A DNA stretch of 64,000 nucleotides, taken from the NCBI GenBank assembly GCA_963720465.1, contig OY970393.1, positions 832,001 to 896,000 of the forward strand, in the 5' to 3' direction. A model generated the notes under the pieces. That model saw only the letters and a list, made by a program, of their open reading frames with translations, ran no database searches and was not told where the DNA came from. The stretch's first letter is position 1. Each line of letters starts with the position of its first letter. Below are positions 21,257 to 30,667 of this stretch, one piece after another. The DNA is from Methanobacteriota archaeon. GTDB lineage: Archaea; Halobacteriota; Bog-38; Methanoflorentales; Methanoflorentaceae. The position numbers and the translations under genes were made by a program.

Positions 21257-21682
21257 CTACAGTGAGTCTTGGCTCGAATTGGTTGGATTGTCTACGTCAG
21301 CATTCGCGGTCAGTCCTTCAGACGACTCTGGCGTTTTATAGTTGGGAAACGTCCATTCATCCTTTTCGATTGCGCGCATTTGTTCGCACTTTGCTTTTGC
21401 AGCCTTTAAAGCGCCGCGCCACGAGCTATAGTCTTTGACCGCTTTGTTGTACACGTCCGGATGTTCTGCTTCGGCGCTGATTGCCGTCATATCAGACCGA
21501 TTTCGGTACAGCGCAATAATGTCGTCAACCACGTCGTAGTTCAGGGCTGCGTCGAGAGCTCTTTCAAGGGTCCCATAAATGAGTTCAGCTACGAGCGTCA
21601 ATTTCGGATTGTCATATAATCCGTCCACCCCCAGCTGCCGAATTTTCTCTCGGATAAAGTTTTCGAGCTCAGCGTCCGACAT
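21257..21682 (-). CDS. protein with two homing-endonuclease-associated-repeat-like motifs
   Basis: YGTLERALDAA and YSSWRGALKAA resemble the FGSW..AL.AAG repeat. Confidence 0.6.
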   Translation of the reverse strand: MSDAELENFIREKIRQLGVDGLYDNPKLTLVAELIYGTLERALDAALNYDVVDDIIALYRNRSDMTAISAEAEHPDVYNKAVKDYSSWRGALKAAKAKCEQMRAIEKDEWTFPNYKTPESSEGLTANADVDNPTNSSQDSL

Positions 21683-21796
21683 TCACAGTTAATATGCCCT
21701 ATGAGTATAGAAGCGTTACGGTGTTAAAAACCATCCTAAGCGACGGCCAGCGCTTTGAACTGCGCGTGTCAGCAGAACGTTGATATTAGACGGCAG

Positions 21797-22039
21797 TCAC
21801 TCGCTTTCGCTGACGTACTCTCTGGCGGCTTCTAAGGCTCTTGTAAGCTGATCGAGTGTCGCGGGCGTAACCTGTATCGCGAAACCGTCTTTCGTCGGAT
21901 AACTCTCAGTGCCGCGCCGGATCCACTTGCGAATGCTGAGTATCTTGGTCCCGGTGTCTTCCCTCTCTGAGACGCTGATCCTTAGGGCGACGCTTTTTGA
22001 AGTCTCAATCTCAACGCCCCACAGTTCTTTCCACTCCAC
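21797..22039 (-). CDS. PC4/YdbC-like ssDNA-binding protein
   Basis: LRISVSE..G.KILSIRKW....YPTKDGFAI followed by a C-terminal helix; GGAGGG RBS. Confidence 0.75.
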   Translation of the reverse strand: MEWKELWGVEIETSKSVALRISVSEREDTGTKILSIRKWIRRGTESYPTKDGFAIQVTPATLDQLTRALEAAREYVSESE

Positions 22040-22340
22040 ATGACCCTCCGTTTGCCGTTATGACCATTACGTTCTATTCTCACAATTATGCGCCTCTTGA
22101 TCGTGACGCTTTGCGAGTTCTAGCGGATCAGCAGCTGTCTCAGCGAAATGAATTCAATGCCTATCACGACGAGTACCTGTTGGCGTCTCCGTATTTGACA
22201 TCAAGACACGGAGGAATCCGCTTTGTGAGCATCAGTGTGAGTAGTGCTGCACTTATTTAAAGCACGTTGCATCCGTGGTCTTGGGGCAACACGAAAAACT
22301 CTGATGCGCGATCGTCGATCTCGGCGTAAGCTTTTTTTGA

Positions 22341-22910
22341 GCCAACGACCAGAGCAGAGATGGCAAAAGCTGCTCTAAATACAAGCCGGCCGAACGTCTC
22401 GGCCTCAGCGATGGCAACGCCGCTGCCTACCATATCAAACGTCTTAGGACGCGGGCAGTTCTCGCGCGATATACGATTCAAATCGATTGGCAGAAAATCG
22501 GTTTTCCCGCAGATTTTGTCATTCTTGCTGAATCGGATGAAAAAGCGGCGCTGCTTGCGTTGGAACGGTACCTCATCCTTCTTCAGGACTATTACCAAAA
22601 GCACTTTGGCAACGTGCTTTTACTACCAACCTCTTCAGGATACGTACTGCTTAGGGACATAAGTCACTGTTACGGTGATAAAACGATGCTTGTAATCACC
22701 GGCAGTGGGACACGCGATCTCGATATTGCCTTCTTTCGGGAGAACTACATAACCCGAGCATTCGAGGGCATACGAACGACGCTTATGACGACGCGATACA
22801 GAACTGTAGACAACTTCGTGATACAGAGCGATGCACTCGACACATTACGCGCCATCTTCGAGGGCACAGGCGCGTCTGAAGAAGAGATCAGTCGAATGTC
22901 AAAGTGTTGA
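22341..22910 (+). pseudogene. 5'-truncated Lrp/AsnC-like regulator
   Basis: Frame of ORF 22560..22910 extends upstream as AERLGLSDGNAAAYHIKRLRTRAVLARYTIQIDWQKIGFP to a TGA at 22338-22340, with no start codon before the HTH. Confidence 0.6.
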
Positions 22911-22922
22911 ATCCCAACCACG

Positions 22923-23801
22923 TTAACTAATCGTGCTTTCCCCGAAAACCAGACGGAAGTTTCTGATTCTTGGAGTGATGAACCGAACAAACAAGTAAAA
23001 GACGAAGACGACGGTTGTTATAAAGAAGCTCACTGGGTACGGCTCAAAAAAAGCAATAAAGAGCCCCAACCACGTTGCTATCACAGCAATGACTACCGAA
23101 ATAATTATGACTCGCCCCGGTCGTTTTGCCAATAGCTGAGCCGTCGCAGCTGGCGTGACCATCAATGAGAAAATGAGGAGGACACCAACTACTTGAACCG
23201 CAAACGACGTTGCGACCGCGACTAGGAGCATGAAAATTATGCCGAGCAAAACTACGGGCATTCCCTTTGCTTCCGCCACATCTTCATCGAGCGATGCAAA
23301 CAAGAGAGGTCTATATACAAGCGAGATGACAACCAGAATTACCACGCCGGCAACGAGGGTTAAGAGGACATTGCTGAAACTGACGCCCAGTATTTCTCCA
23401 AACAAGATGGAGTACGCTTCAGTTGCATAGCCGGTGTAGAGGCTGAGGAACAACACGCCTAGGCCAAGCATGAAAGCGAGAACTATTCCGATTTCGGCGT
23501 CGCGATTGGCGGCGCGTCGGCCTAGCGCGGCTATCCCAAGTCCGCCTACGCTTGTGAAAAGGAGAAGACCGTAAATTGGGTTGACCCCGATCAATACGGC
23601 CGCCGCTGCCCCAGAGAAACCGATGTGGGAGAGCGCGTGTGCCGCAAATGAAGAACGGCGCAACACAACGAAGTAGCCAACAATGCCTGCGAGGATTGCG
23701 ACTACTGTTCCTGCCTCGAAGGCGTGCTGCATGAACTGGTACTGAAGCATCTGTTGCAGGTCGATCCATGGATTAATGCTGAAGGTCATTCTGGTTGACA
23801 C
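22923..23801 (-). CDS. Zn/Mn ABC transporter permease
   Basis: VGYFVVLRRSSFAAHALSH, LFGEILGV, VGVLLIFSLMVTPAATA. Confidence 0.93.
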   Translation of the reverse strand: MSTRMTFSINPWIDLQQMLQYQFMQHAFEAGTVVAILAGIVGYFVVLRRSSFAAHALSHIGFSGAAAAVLIGVNPIYGLLLFTSVGGLGIAALGRRAANRDAEIGIVLAFMLGLGVLFLSLYTGYATEAYSILFGEILGVSFSNVLLTLVAGVVILVVISLVYRPLLFASLDEDVAEAKGMPVVLLGIIFMLLVAVATSFAVQVVGVLLIFSLMVTPAATAQLLAKRPGRVIIISVVIAVIATWLGLFIAFFEPYPVSFFITTVVFVFYLFVRFITPRIRNFRLVFGESTIS

Positions 23802-24583
23802 CCGTGGTAATCTTCAATACCTGCAACTGCAATGTTGCCCCTAGAGTCCCGAAGAACCTCAACTTGAACCCCGAACAAAGCCGAGAGACTTGCTGACGTC
23901 AGAACCTCTTTCGGCGTCCCGGTCGCCACCTTGCCGTTAGCGATGTAAACCACTTTATCGAGATACGGCAAAAGAGGGTTGATGTTGTGAGCGATCAAAA
24001 GTGCAGTCACGTTGCGCGATCGAACTACACCATTTATAAGCTGAAGCAATTCTCTTTCGCGCCTCATGTCAAGATTCGACAAGGGTTCATCGAGCAAAAG
24101 GAGAGTGGGTTCGCTTACCAGCGCCCCGGCCAGAAATATCCTCTGCAGTTCTCCGCCCGACAATACGCCGAGAGACCGATGGGCCAAGTCCGTAGCTCCA
24201 ACGTCTTTCAGCACGTCAAGAGCTGCTTTGCGGTCTTCGTGGGAAAACAGGCCCAGACCCCATTTTTTGCCGGAGAATCCTAGTCTCACAAGTTCAAGGG
24301 ATTCAACATTTGTGTGATCGTCGAATGTGTGACGCTGAGGCACGTAACTAATCTGTGGATTACCACGTTTGGGCGCTGCATCGAATATCTTGATCGTGCC
24401 GCTGACGGGTTGCTGCAAACCAAGGAGCAAACGAAACAGAGTTGTCTTGCCCGCTCCGTTAGGGCCGATAACCGCTACAAACTCGCCTCGATTGATTGAG
24501 AGACTTGCGTCTCGCCAAACTATGTTGTCTGGGTAGCCCGCTACTAGGTTCTTGGACGTGATGATCTCGTACTGTGCACTCAT
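23786..24583 (-). CDS. Zn/Mn ABC transporter ATP-binding protein
   Basis: GPNGAGKT, LSGGELQR, LLLLDEP, YVPQ. Confidence 0.93.
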   Translation of the reverse strand: MSAQYEIITSKNLVAGYPDNIVWRDASLSINRGEFVAVIGPNGAGKTTLFRLLLGLQQPVSGTIKIFDAAPKRGNPQISYVPQRHTFDDHTNVESLELVRLGFSGKKWGLGLFSHEDRKAALDVLKDVGATDLAHRSLGVLSGGELQRIFLAGALVSEPTLLLLDEPLSNLDMRRERELLQLINGVVRSRNVTALLIAHNINPLLPYLDKVVYIANGKVATGTPKEVLTSASLSALFGVQVEVLRDSRGNIAVAGIEDYHGCQPE

Positions 24584-24586
24584 TCG

Positions 24587-25522
24587 TTATTTCCCAAGGG
24601 TTTGTTGGTTAAGCGCGTTCTGAAGAATGATTAACTGCGCATTCATCCAGACTTGGAACGAGACATCCGGCGGTTGGATGGTCTCAGTCACTGGAACGAT
24701 CGGAATGTTATGTTGAGAGGCCAATGCTTTGGTGCTCTGAGTAAGCGGCGTCACCGTTTGCTCATTGTAGACCAGCACTTTAACGGTTCCATTCGTGATG
24801 AGCTGATCGAACTGCACGATGCTCTGCGCTGGGGGATCGTTTCCTTCGCCGACAGCTTCCATAAATGCGGGAGGAGACACAAGGTCAAGACCAGTGGCGT
24901 TCGCCAGATACGCGAAGATGCTCTCTGTTGATGCTACTTTCACGCCTCCAAACTGTTGCTTTATCTCAGCGATACGCCCATTGTATGCCGCAAGCGATGC
25001 TTTCAATGCATCAAACTGTTGTGTATAGTACAAAGCATGAGAGGGATCTATAGAAACAAGATCCTGATACATAGCCTTCACTGTTTCATTCACATAAGTA
25101 GGACTGTACCAGAAGTGAGGATTGGCACCAACCGTCTGGTTAATGAGTTCCTGCACGTTTAAGACCACTTGATGTGGAGTATTGCTTGATGCTATAAGCT
25201 GCTGAGCCCAAGTGTCATATCCAGCTCCGTTAATAATTACGAGCTGGGCATTTGCTATTGCAATGGCGTTAGCGGCATTGCTTTCGTATTCATGAGGGTC
25301 AGCATTGGGGTCTGAAACGATGCTCGTCACACTAACCCGTGTTCCGCCAAGCTGAGTTATCAGACTGCCCCAGAAATTTTCGGCGGCAACTACGCGTATC
25401 ACTCCATTAGAACTTGCAGTGCTGGAAGTTGCATAGTTTAAGAGATAAATGCCTGCGAAGGCTCCCGAGACAATTAGCGCAACCAAAACTGTTGCAATAA
25501 TTACATAACTAGTTTTCCTCAT
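24587..25522 (-). CDS. Zn/Mn ABC transporter substrate-binding protein
   Basis: N-terminal TM anchor, AAENFWG, DPHEYE, NPHFWY, VTET. Confidence 0.92.
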   Translation of the reverse strand: MRKTSYVIIATVLVALIVSGAFAGIYLLNYATSSTASSNGVIRVVAAENFWGSLITQLGGTRVSVTSIVSDPNADPHEYESNAANAIAIANAQLVIINGAGYDTWAQQLIASSNTPHQVVLNVQELINQTVGANPHFWYSPTYVNETVKAMYQDLVSIDPSHALYYTQQFDALKASLAAYNGRIAEIKQQFGGVKVASTESIFAYLANATGLDLVSPPAFMEAVGEGNDPPAQSIVQFDQLITNGTVKVLVYNEQTVTPLTQSTKALASQHNIPIVPVTETIQPPDVSFQVWMNAQLIILQNALNQQTLGK

Positions 25523-25764
25523 TGTCTGACCCTCTCTGCATATGCATTGTAGTTAGCCAAGACTCCGCTCACGAACGGCACGTTTACCTGAAAGATCGCA
25601 AATGATGCTGCTGCCACCATCGCCGTGATACTGAGCCGCTCTGCGTTGACGATCTGCCGGCGTGCGAGGAGGAGGGCTGTCGTAACGAGCACGGCCACAA
25701 GGATCCAACAAAAGATTAGAAACAGGATCGAAAAGGCCCCGTCCGGCAAATGAATATGCGCCAT
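25519..25764 (-). pseudogene. truncated CbiM/NikM ECF S-component
   Basis: MAHIHLPDG N-terminal metal-binding motif and AASFAIFQVNVP, then abrupt loss of similarity; about 80 aa versus about 200 for the family. Confidence 0.75.
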
Positions 25765-25824
25765 TGACAACTCCCGCGCGGTGCGGCGCCACATAGTGCG
25801 CCACCTGACACGTGAATGTCTTAT

Positions 25825-25866
25825 CCTACTCTATACATATAAACATGCCCTTTTTATTAGAGTAAG
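25825..25866 (-). promoter_or_regulatory. TATA box flanked by an inverted repeat (candidate operator)
   Basis: Minus strand CTTACTCTA-N24-TAGAGTAGG enclosing TTTATAT. Confidence 0.4.
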
Positions 25867-25902
25867 ACTCCGCAATACCATAGCCCTGTATTCGCGAGGA
25901 AC

Positions 25903-26343
25903 TCACTCAGGAGGTTGTACCAGCAATTCGACTTCCTGCCGTAGCGCTTTAAGAGCAGCGTCAAGCTTTGCCGCATGCGCTTGGAGCATTTCATCGATTT
26001 CCCGTTGCTTTTTCCAGTCTGCGATGCCCTGCCGCACTTCGCTGAGCCGTTCCTTGGGTACGTAGCGCCACTTCCCGTGCTGCCGTGAGGGTTCAAAATA
26101 GTAGTACGGGCCGTGCAACGCGCCAGACCTACAACGACAGCTCCGCTTGCCGCATCGCAGGTGCCGCTTTCGGAGTGAGCCTGGAAGCGGATTCAGCACA
26201 GCGCGCTTGTCGGTTAGCGCGGCAATATTATTGATGAGTTCATTACTCTGGTGCAACAAGCGTCTCACGCTGGCGATCTCTGTGCCGGCACCAATCGCAT
26301 CCCCCAGCGCCTCAGTCAAGCCCCCGCGATCGTCTGTCATCAT
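25903..26343 (-). CDS. DUF6788-like protein
   Basis: PGSL....RCGK.SCRC..G.LHGPYYY motif. Confidence 0.75.
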   Translation of the reverse strand: MMTDDRGGLTEALGDAIGAGTEIASVRRLLHQSNELINNIAALTDKRAVLNPLPGSLRKRHLRCGKRSCRCRSGALHGPYYYFEPSRQHGKWRYVPKERLSEVRQGIADWKKQREIDEMLQAHAAKLDAALKALRQEVELLVQPPE

Positions 26344-26557
26344 GATAGCATTGCATTACCTATACTAAACTTATTTCAATCAGTTGCCCACTAAGTTTCG
26401 ATTGCACGTCTCAGCCGTTCAAATCGATCCTCTCGAAAACTGTGAAACTGCGCTTAAACACGTCTGGGTTACATATTGCGAGCTCGGATATCGAATAGGG
26501 GCGAACAAAAGCGTTATAAAGCTACGGGAGCTAGTCCTAAGAGAGAGTCCCAACGTT

Positions 26558-27085
26558 ATGCGCGCGTTTTACATCGGCCGCTTTCAGCCGTATCACTTCG
26601 GACATCAAGAAGTCCTCGAAGAAATAGCCCACCAATGCGAGGAGATCATCATCGGTGTCGGTAGTGCTCAGCTGAGTCATACGTTTTCGGATCCGTTTAC
26701 GGCCGGCGAACGAATACTAATGATCACGCGCTCGCTCAGAGATCTTGATGCCTTACTGTACGTGATACCAATCGAAGATATCCGCAGAAATGCGGTATGG
26801 GTATCTCACGTGATGACTATGACGCCTCTCTTTGACGTCGTTTACACCAACAATCCGTACGTTATCCGGCTTTTCAATGAGGCGCGATTTGAGGTCAAGT
26901 CGTCTCCGCTCTATCAACGTGAAGTCTACTCGGGCTCAGAGATTCGAAAAAGGATGCTGCGTAACGAACCCTGGCAACATCTCGTCCCGCAAGCTGCCGT
27001 AGAAGTCATTGAACAGATAGACGGCGTGAATAGGCTAAAAGAAGTTTCTAGAGAAGATAAAACGTCTGATCTTGGCACGCTGTAG
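26558..27085 (+). CDS. nadM: nicotinamide-nucleotide adenylyltransferase
   Basis: [22 protein letters not shown]...PFTAGER, SGSEIR; start reset to ATG 26558. Confidence 0.95.
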   Translation: MRAFYIGRFQPYHFGHQEVLEEIAHQCEEIIIGVGSAQLSHTFSDPFTAGERILMITRSLRDLDALLYVIPIEDIRRNAVWVSHVMTMTPLFDVVYTNNPYVIRLFNEARFEVKSSPLYQREVYSGSEIRKRMLRNEPWQHLVPQAAVEVIEQIDGVNRLKEVSREDKTSDLGTL

Positions 27086-27486
27086 GCGCGTCTGTCTTGT
27101 TTTTCACGGGGCCATCGCGCGAGCACACGCTTAGAGGTATCAAATTCAAGTGTGGCCACTGTCAAAAGCGGGCCCGGCGCAGTGTAAAATCGTTGATGGG
27201 CTAGATTTCCGACGAGTGGCCGGTTCGCTAGACGAAATTCCTCTCTCGCTTTCGATGGTTTTGTCGGAGGTATATAGTTCACAAAGCGCAAAAGGTTCGC
27301 TTGCCGCACGGACTGCAGAGAATGCAATTGGCTTGTCCTCATTTTCCGCAAACGTACAAAAAAAGAAGTAGTGATACTTTGGCAAGGTTCCTGCAAGGCA
27401 ACAAAAACACTCGCAAAATGCTGAAAAACATGTTCTGCGCTCACGCAGAAACGCTGCTCACTTCCAATCTAAGCGCCTCGTCGGGG

Positions 27487-27687
27487 TCAGCGTTGCATTA
27501 TGTTAACCAAGCGAACGATGTAATTGTTGCCAATGTGCTCCCATTTGTAATTGTATTTGTACTGAGGGAACCTGTTTTCGAGTTCCTTCAGCTCGGTGAG
27601 TCGTTGGTCCAAGCACCGCTCTGATTTGCAGACGAATACAAACCTCCATTTTGGAAGAGCCCGCGGATCGTCAATAAGTTTCGTCAT
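27487..27687 (-). CDS. small hypothetical protein (66 aa)
   Basis: MTKLIDDPRALPKW... plausible composition; no family recognised. Confidence 0.4.
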   Translation of the reverse strand: MTKLIDDPRALPKWRFVFVCKSERCLDQRLTELKELENRFPQYKYNYKWEHIGNNYIVRLVNIMQR

Positions 27688-28052
27688 ACGAAAAGGCGTT
27701 ATTGAATCACCACGCAGTGCTGGGTGACAACGCGTCACTAGAGTCTTCAACGTGCAACTGCGGGCGGGGCGTTCTTTCGCAATCTCCACGTGTAGATGGT
27801 AGCTTTTGCAAGATAACGGTTATGGGAAATCGTGGAGCCTTCTTGGAGCCGGCTCGTGCTAACTCTGTTGCGTCAGCGAGAGTAAACGGTAAGCACTTGA
27901 CGCCAGACTTTAAAAAAAATTCTTGCGTCATGCCCGGGCTGGCTGGCCGGCGTCGCAGCACGCAGTCGATCGGATTTTCCGTATATGCCTCATATTCGGG
28001 CTCTAAATACTTGCAGCTAGTTTTTATAGTAATGTGAAGATATATACCCACA

Positions 28053-29177
28053 ATGCACCTTACTCGAGATGAGGAGGATATCCTCGCGGGCGAATCGGGC
28101 GCCGTCAAACAAAAAGCGATGGAAATCTTAGTCGCACTCGGCGATATCTACAACGCTGAAAGACTTATCCCAATCGAGAGTGCGCAAATCGCCGGTGTGT
28201 CCTACAAAACAATTGGCGAAGCTGGGCTAGAGTACCTTACAGACCTTAGCGGAAAAGTCGTCGTTCCGACAATGCTCAATCCCATGGGCATGGACCGATA
28301 TAAATGGAGACAGATGGGAATCGACGAAGCCTTCGTAGAAAGGCAACTGGCCATAATCAGACGATACGAACTACTCGGAATCGATGCCCAGTGCACTTGC
28401 ACACCTTACTATGTTAATGCTCCACGAGCTGGTGCCCATTTGAGCTGGGCTGAGTCCTCTGCGGTATCGTATGCAAACTCCGTTCTTGAGGCGCGCACCA
28501 ATCGAGAAGGAGGGCCTAGCGCACTTGCTGCTGCCCTCGTCGGGAAGACCCCTAACTACGGCTACCACCGCGACGAGAACAGAGTTCCAGATATCTCAGT
28601 GAGAATAGATTTTCCCTTGGCCGGAAGTGATTTTGGCGCACTTGGATACGTAGTTGGCAAGATGGTCAAATCACGGGTGCCACAGTTTTCCTTTGTTGCC
28701 CCACCTAACGCTGATGAGCTGAAAGCTCTGGGCGCCGCAATGGCCGCCTCAGGCTCTGTGGCGCTTTTCTTTCCCAAGAAACGAGCGATGCCACGTGAAA
28801 TGCTCGAACTAGACCGTTCAGACATTGACATCTATTCATCGAGCGAACCCGACGTCGTCGTGCTGGGGTGCCCACACTGCTCTCGCTCAGAACTCGCAGA
28901 TATCGCGCACCTTTTAGAAGGACGCATGGTCGCGCGGCCTCTCTGGATCTGCACTTCGCGGTTCGTGGCGGATCGTTGCAGCTCAGTGATATCTAGTATT
29001 GAAGCGAGCGGGGCTCGAGTGATCTGTGACACTTGCATGATCGTCTCGCCGGCGTTTGAAAAACAAAGAATGATGGTTAATTCCGGAAAAGCTCTTGAAT
29101 ACGGGCCAAGCTTGTGCAATTCGCATACATTCATGGGAACGACGGCGAACTGCATCACGGCCGCGTGTACCGCGTGA
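28053..29177 (+). CDS. aconitase X large subunit (phosphomevalonate dehydratase large subunit, DUF521)
   Basis: GVSYKTIG, CTCTPY, WAESSA..YANSV..ARTNREG, GCPHCS, DTCMIVSP. Confidence 0.92.
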   Translation: MHLTRDEEDILAGESGAVKQKAMEILVALGDIYNAERLIPIESAQIAGVSYKTIGEAGLEYLTDLSGKVVVPTMLNPMGMDRYKWRQMGIDEAFVERQLAIIRRYELLGIDAQCTCTPYYVNAPRAGAHLSWAESSAVSYANSVLEARTNREGGPSALAAALVGKTPNYGYHRDENRVPDISVRIDFPLAGSDFGALGYVVGKMVKSRVPQFSFVAPPNADELKALGAAMAASGSVALFFPKKRAMPREMLELDRSDIDIYSSSEPDVVVLGCPHCSRSELADIAHLLEGRMVARPLWICTSRFVADRCSSVISSIEASGARVICDTCMIVSPAFEKQRMMVNSGKALEYGPSLCNSHTFMGTTANCITAACTA

Positions 29178-29201
29178 ACCTGCATCGCGACGGGGTTACC
29201 C

Positions 29202-29609
29202 ATGCTCAAGCGCATAAAAGGACGAATAATAGCGAAAGGAATTGGTGAAGGGCCTGCCGTGGTTACGAGTCAACCGCTCTCGTTCTTAGGAGGCGTAGAC
29301 CCCAAAGAGGGAGTTATAACGGATCCACATCACGAGCTGCGCGGCACGTCAATTGCAGGAACGGTTCTCGCTTTTCCGCAGGGCAAGGGATCGACCGTCG
29401 GATCTTATGTACTTTACCAGCTCAAAAGAAACGACAAGGCTCCGGCCGCAATTATTAACGCCTTGAGCGAAACTATTGTTGCTGTCGGGGCGATCATATC
29501 AAACATCCCGCTCATCGACAAGCTTGAGGTAGACCCGATCGTCGCAATCAAGCCCGGATCACACGTTCTCGTAAACTGCGTCGAAGGTTTTGTTGAGGTG
29601 GAAAAGTGA
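29202..29609 (+). CDS. aconitase X small (swivel) subunit (DUF126)
   Basis: SFLGGVDP..G, GKGSTVGSY. Confidence 0.92.
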   Translation: MLKRIKGRIIAKGIGEGPAVVTSQPLSFLGGVDPKEGVITDPHHELRGTSIAGTVLAFPQGKGSTVGSYVLYQLKRNDKAPAAIINALSETIVAVGAIISNIPLIDKLEVDPIVAIKPGSHVLVNCVEGFVEVEK

Positions 29610-30667
29610 CCGAACAAGGCGATTTAGACCGAATCAACGCTGTGTTCCAAGTGTACCAGGTACGAACCAGTGGGTCTATCATCAAGTATTACGGCGAACC
29701 TAAGGTTGACAGCAAAACGCTTTTCACGCATCTTTGGAGCGACTTCGCCCAGAGAGGTTACAATATCGAACTGCGGCGCGAACACGGCGAGTATGTGCTC
29801 CTGGCTATGCCTGTGAGCAACGCCGACGAAAAAAAGCACGTCAACGTCATTCTTGCAATCGCCACCGTTTTTGCCACAATGCTCACCGGCGCTGTCCTGT
29901 TTTACGGCGTCAACCCTTTTACGCAGCCCTTGCTCATCTACAAGGGCTTGCCCTTCGCGGCTGCGGTCATGTTTGTGCTAGGCTCGCACGAGCTGGCTCA
30001 CTATTTGGTCGCAAAGCGGCGTGGAATGAGGGCAAGCTTGCCATTCTTCATACCGCTACCGTTTATTTCGCCGGTCGGAACTCTCGGCGCACTCATACAG
30101 CTCAAGGGGGCTATTCCGGATCGAAAGTCACTTTTTGACGTGGGAGTAGCCGGTCCACTCGTAGGCCTTACAGCAGCTGTCGTCGTCACAATAGTCGGAT
30201 TGCTGCTCCCCCCCATCACCCCCGGTACCGCGCTAATGCCTACAGTGGCGCTGGGCGTCCCGATTCTCTTTGCGTTGATCGAAAAAGTTGTTCCAGTCGC
30301 ATCAACAAGCTTGCATCCAATCGCGTTTGCGGGATGGGTGGGCATGCTAATAACCAGTTTAAACCTCCTCCCAGTAGGACAGCTCGACGGCGGGCACATC
30401 GCCAGGGCCCTGTCCGGAGAGAAGACGACGTACATCTCGGCGGCGGTTCCGCTCATGCTCATGACCGGTGGCATTTACTACTCTTTGAACGGTTTGAACG
30501 GAGAAATGCTCCTATTTTGGGGGCTCTTCACGTTGTTGTTCGCAGCCGGGGGGCATCCGCAGCCGATCAACGATATGAAGAAGCTCGATACTAAGCGCGT
30601 GGTCTTAGGAATCATAGCTTTCGGCCTATGCATAGCTTGTTTCACCCCAATCCCGTTTCAAGCGTGA
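29606..30667 (+). CDS. site-2 protease (M50) membrane metalloprotease
   Basis: HELAH, AGPLVG, NLLPVGQLDGGH. Confidence 0.93.
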   Translation: MTEQGDLDRINAVFQVYQVRTSGSIIKYYGEPKVDSKTLFTHLWSDFAQRGYNIELRREHGEYVLLAMPVSNADEKKHVNVILAIATVFATMLTGAVLFYGVNPFTQPLLIYKGLPFAAAVMFVLGSHELAHYLVAKRRGMRASLPFFIPLPFISPVGTLGALIQLKGAIPDRKSLFDVGVAGPLVGLTAAVVVTIVGLLLPPITPGTALMPTVALGVPILFALIEKVVPVASTSLHPIAFAGWVGMLITSLNLLPVGQLDGGHIARALSGEKTTYISAAVPLMLMTGGIYYSLNGLNGEMLLFWGLFTLLFAAGGHPQPINDMKKLDTKRVVLGIIAFGLCIACFTPIPFQA

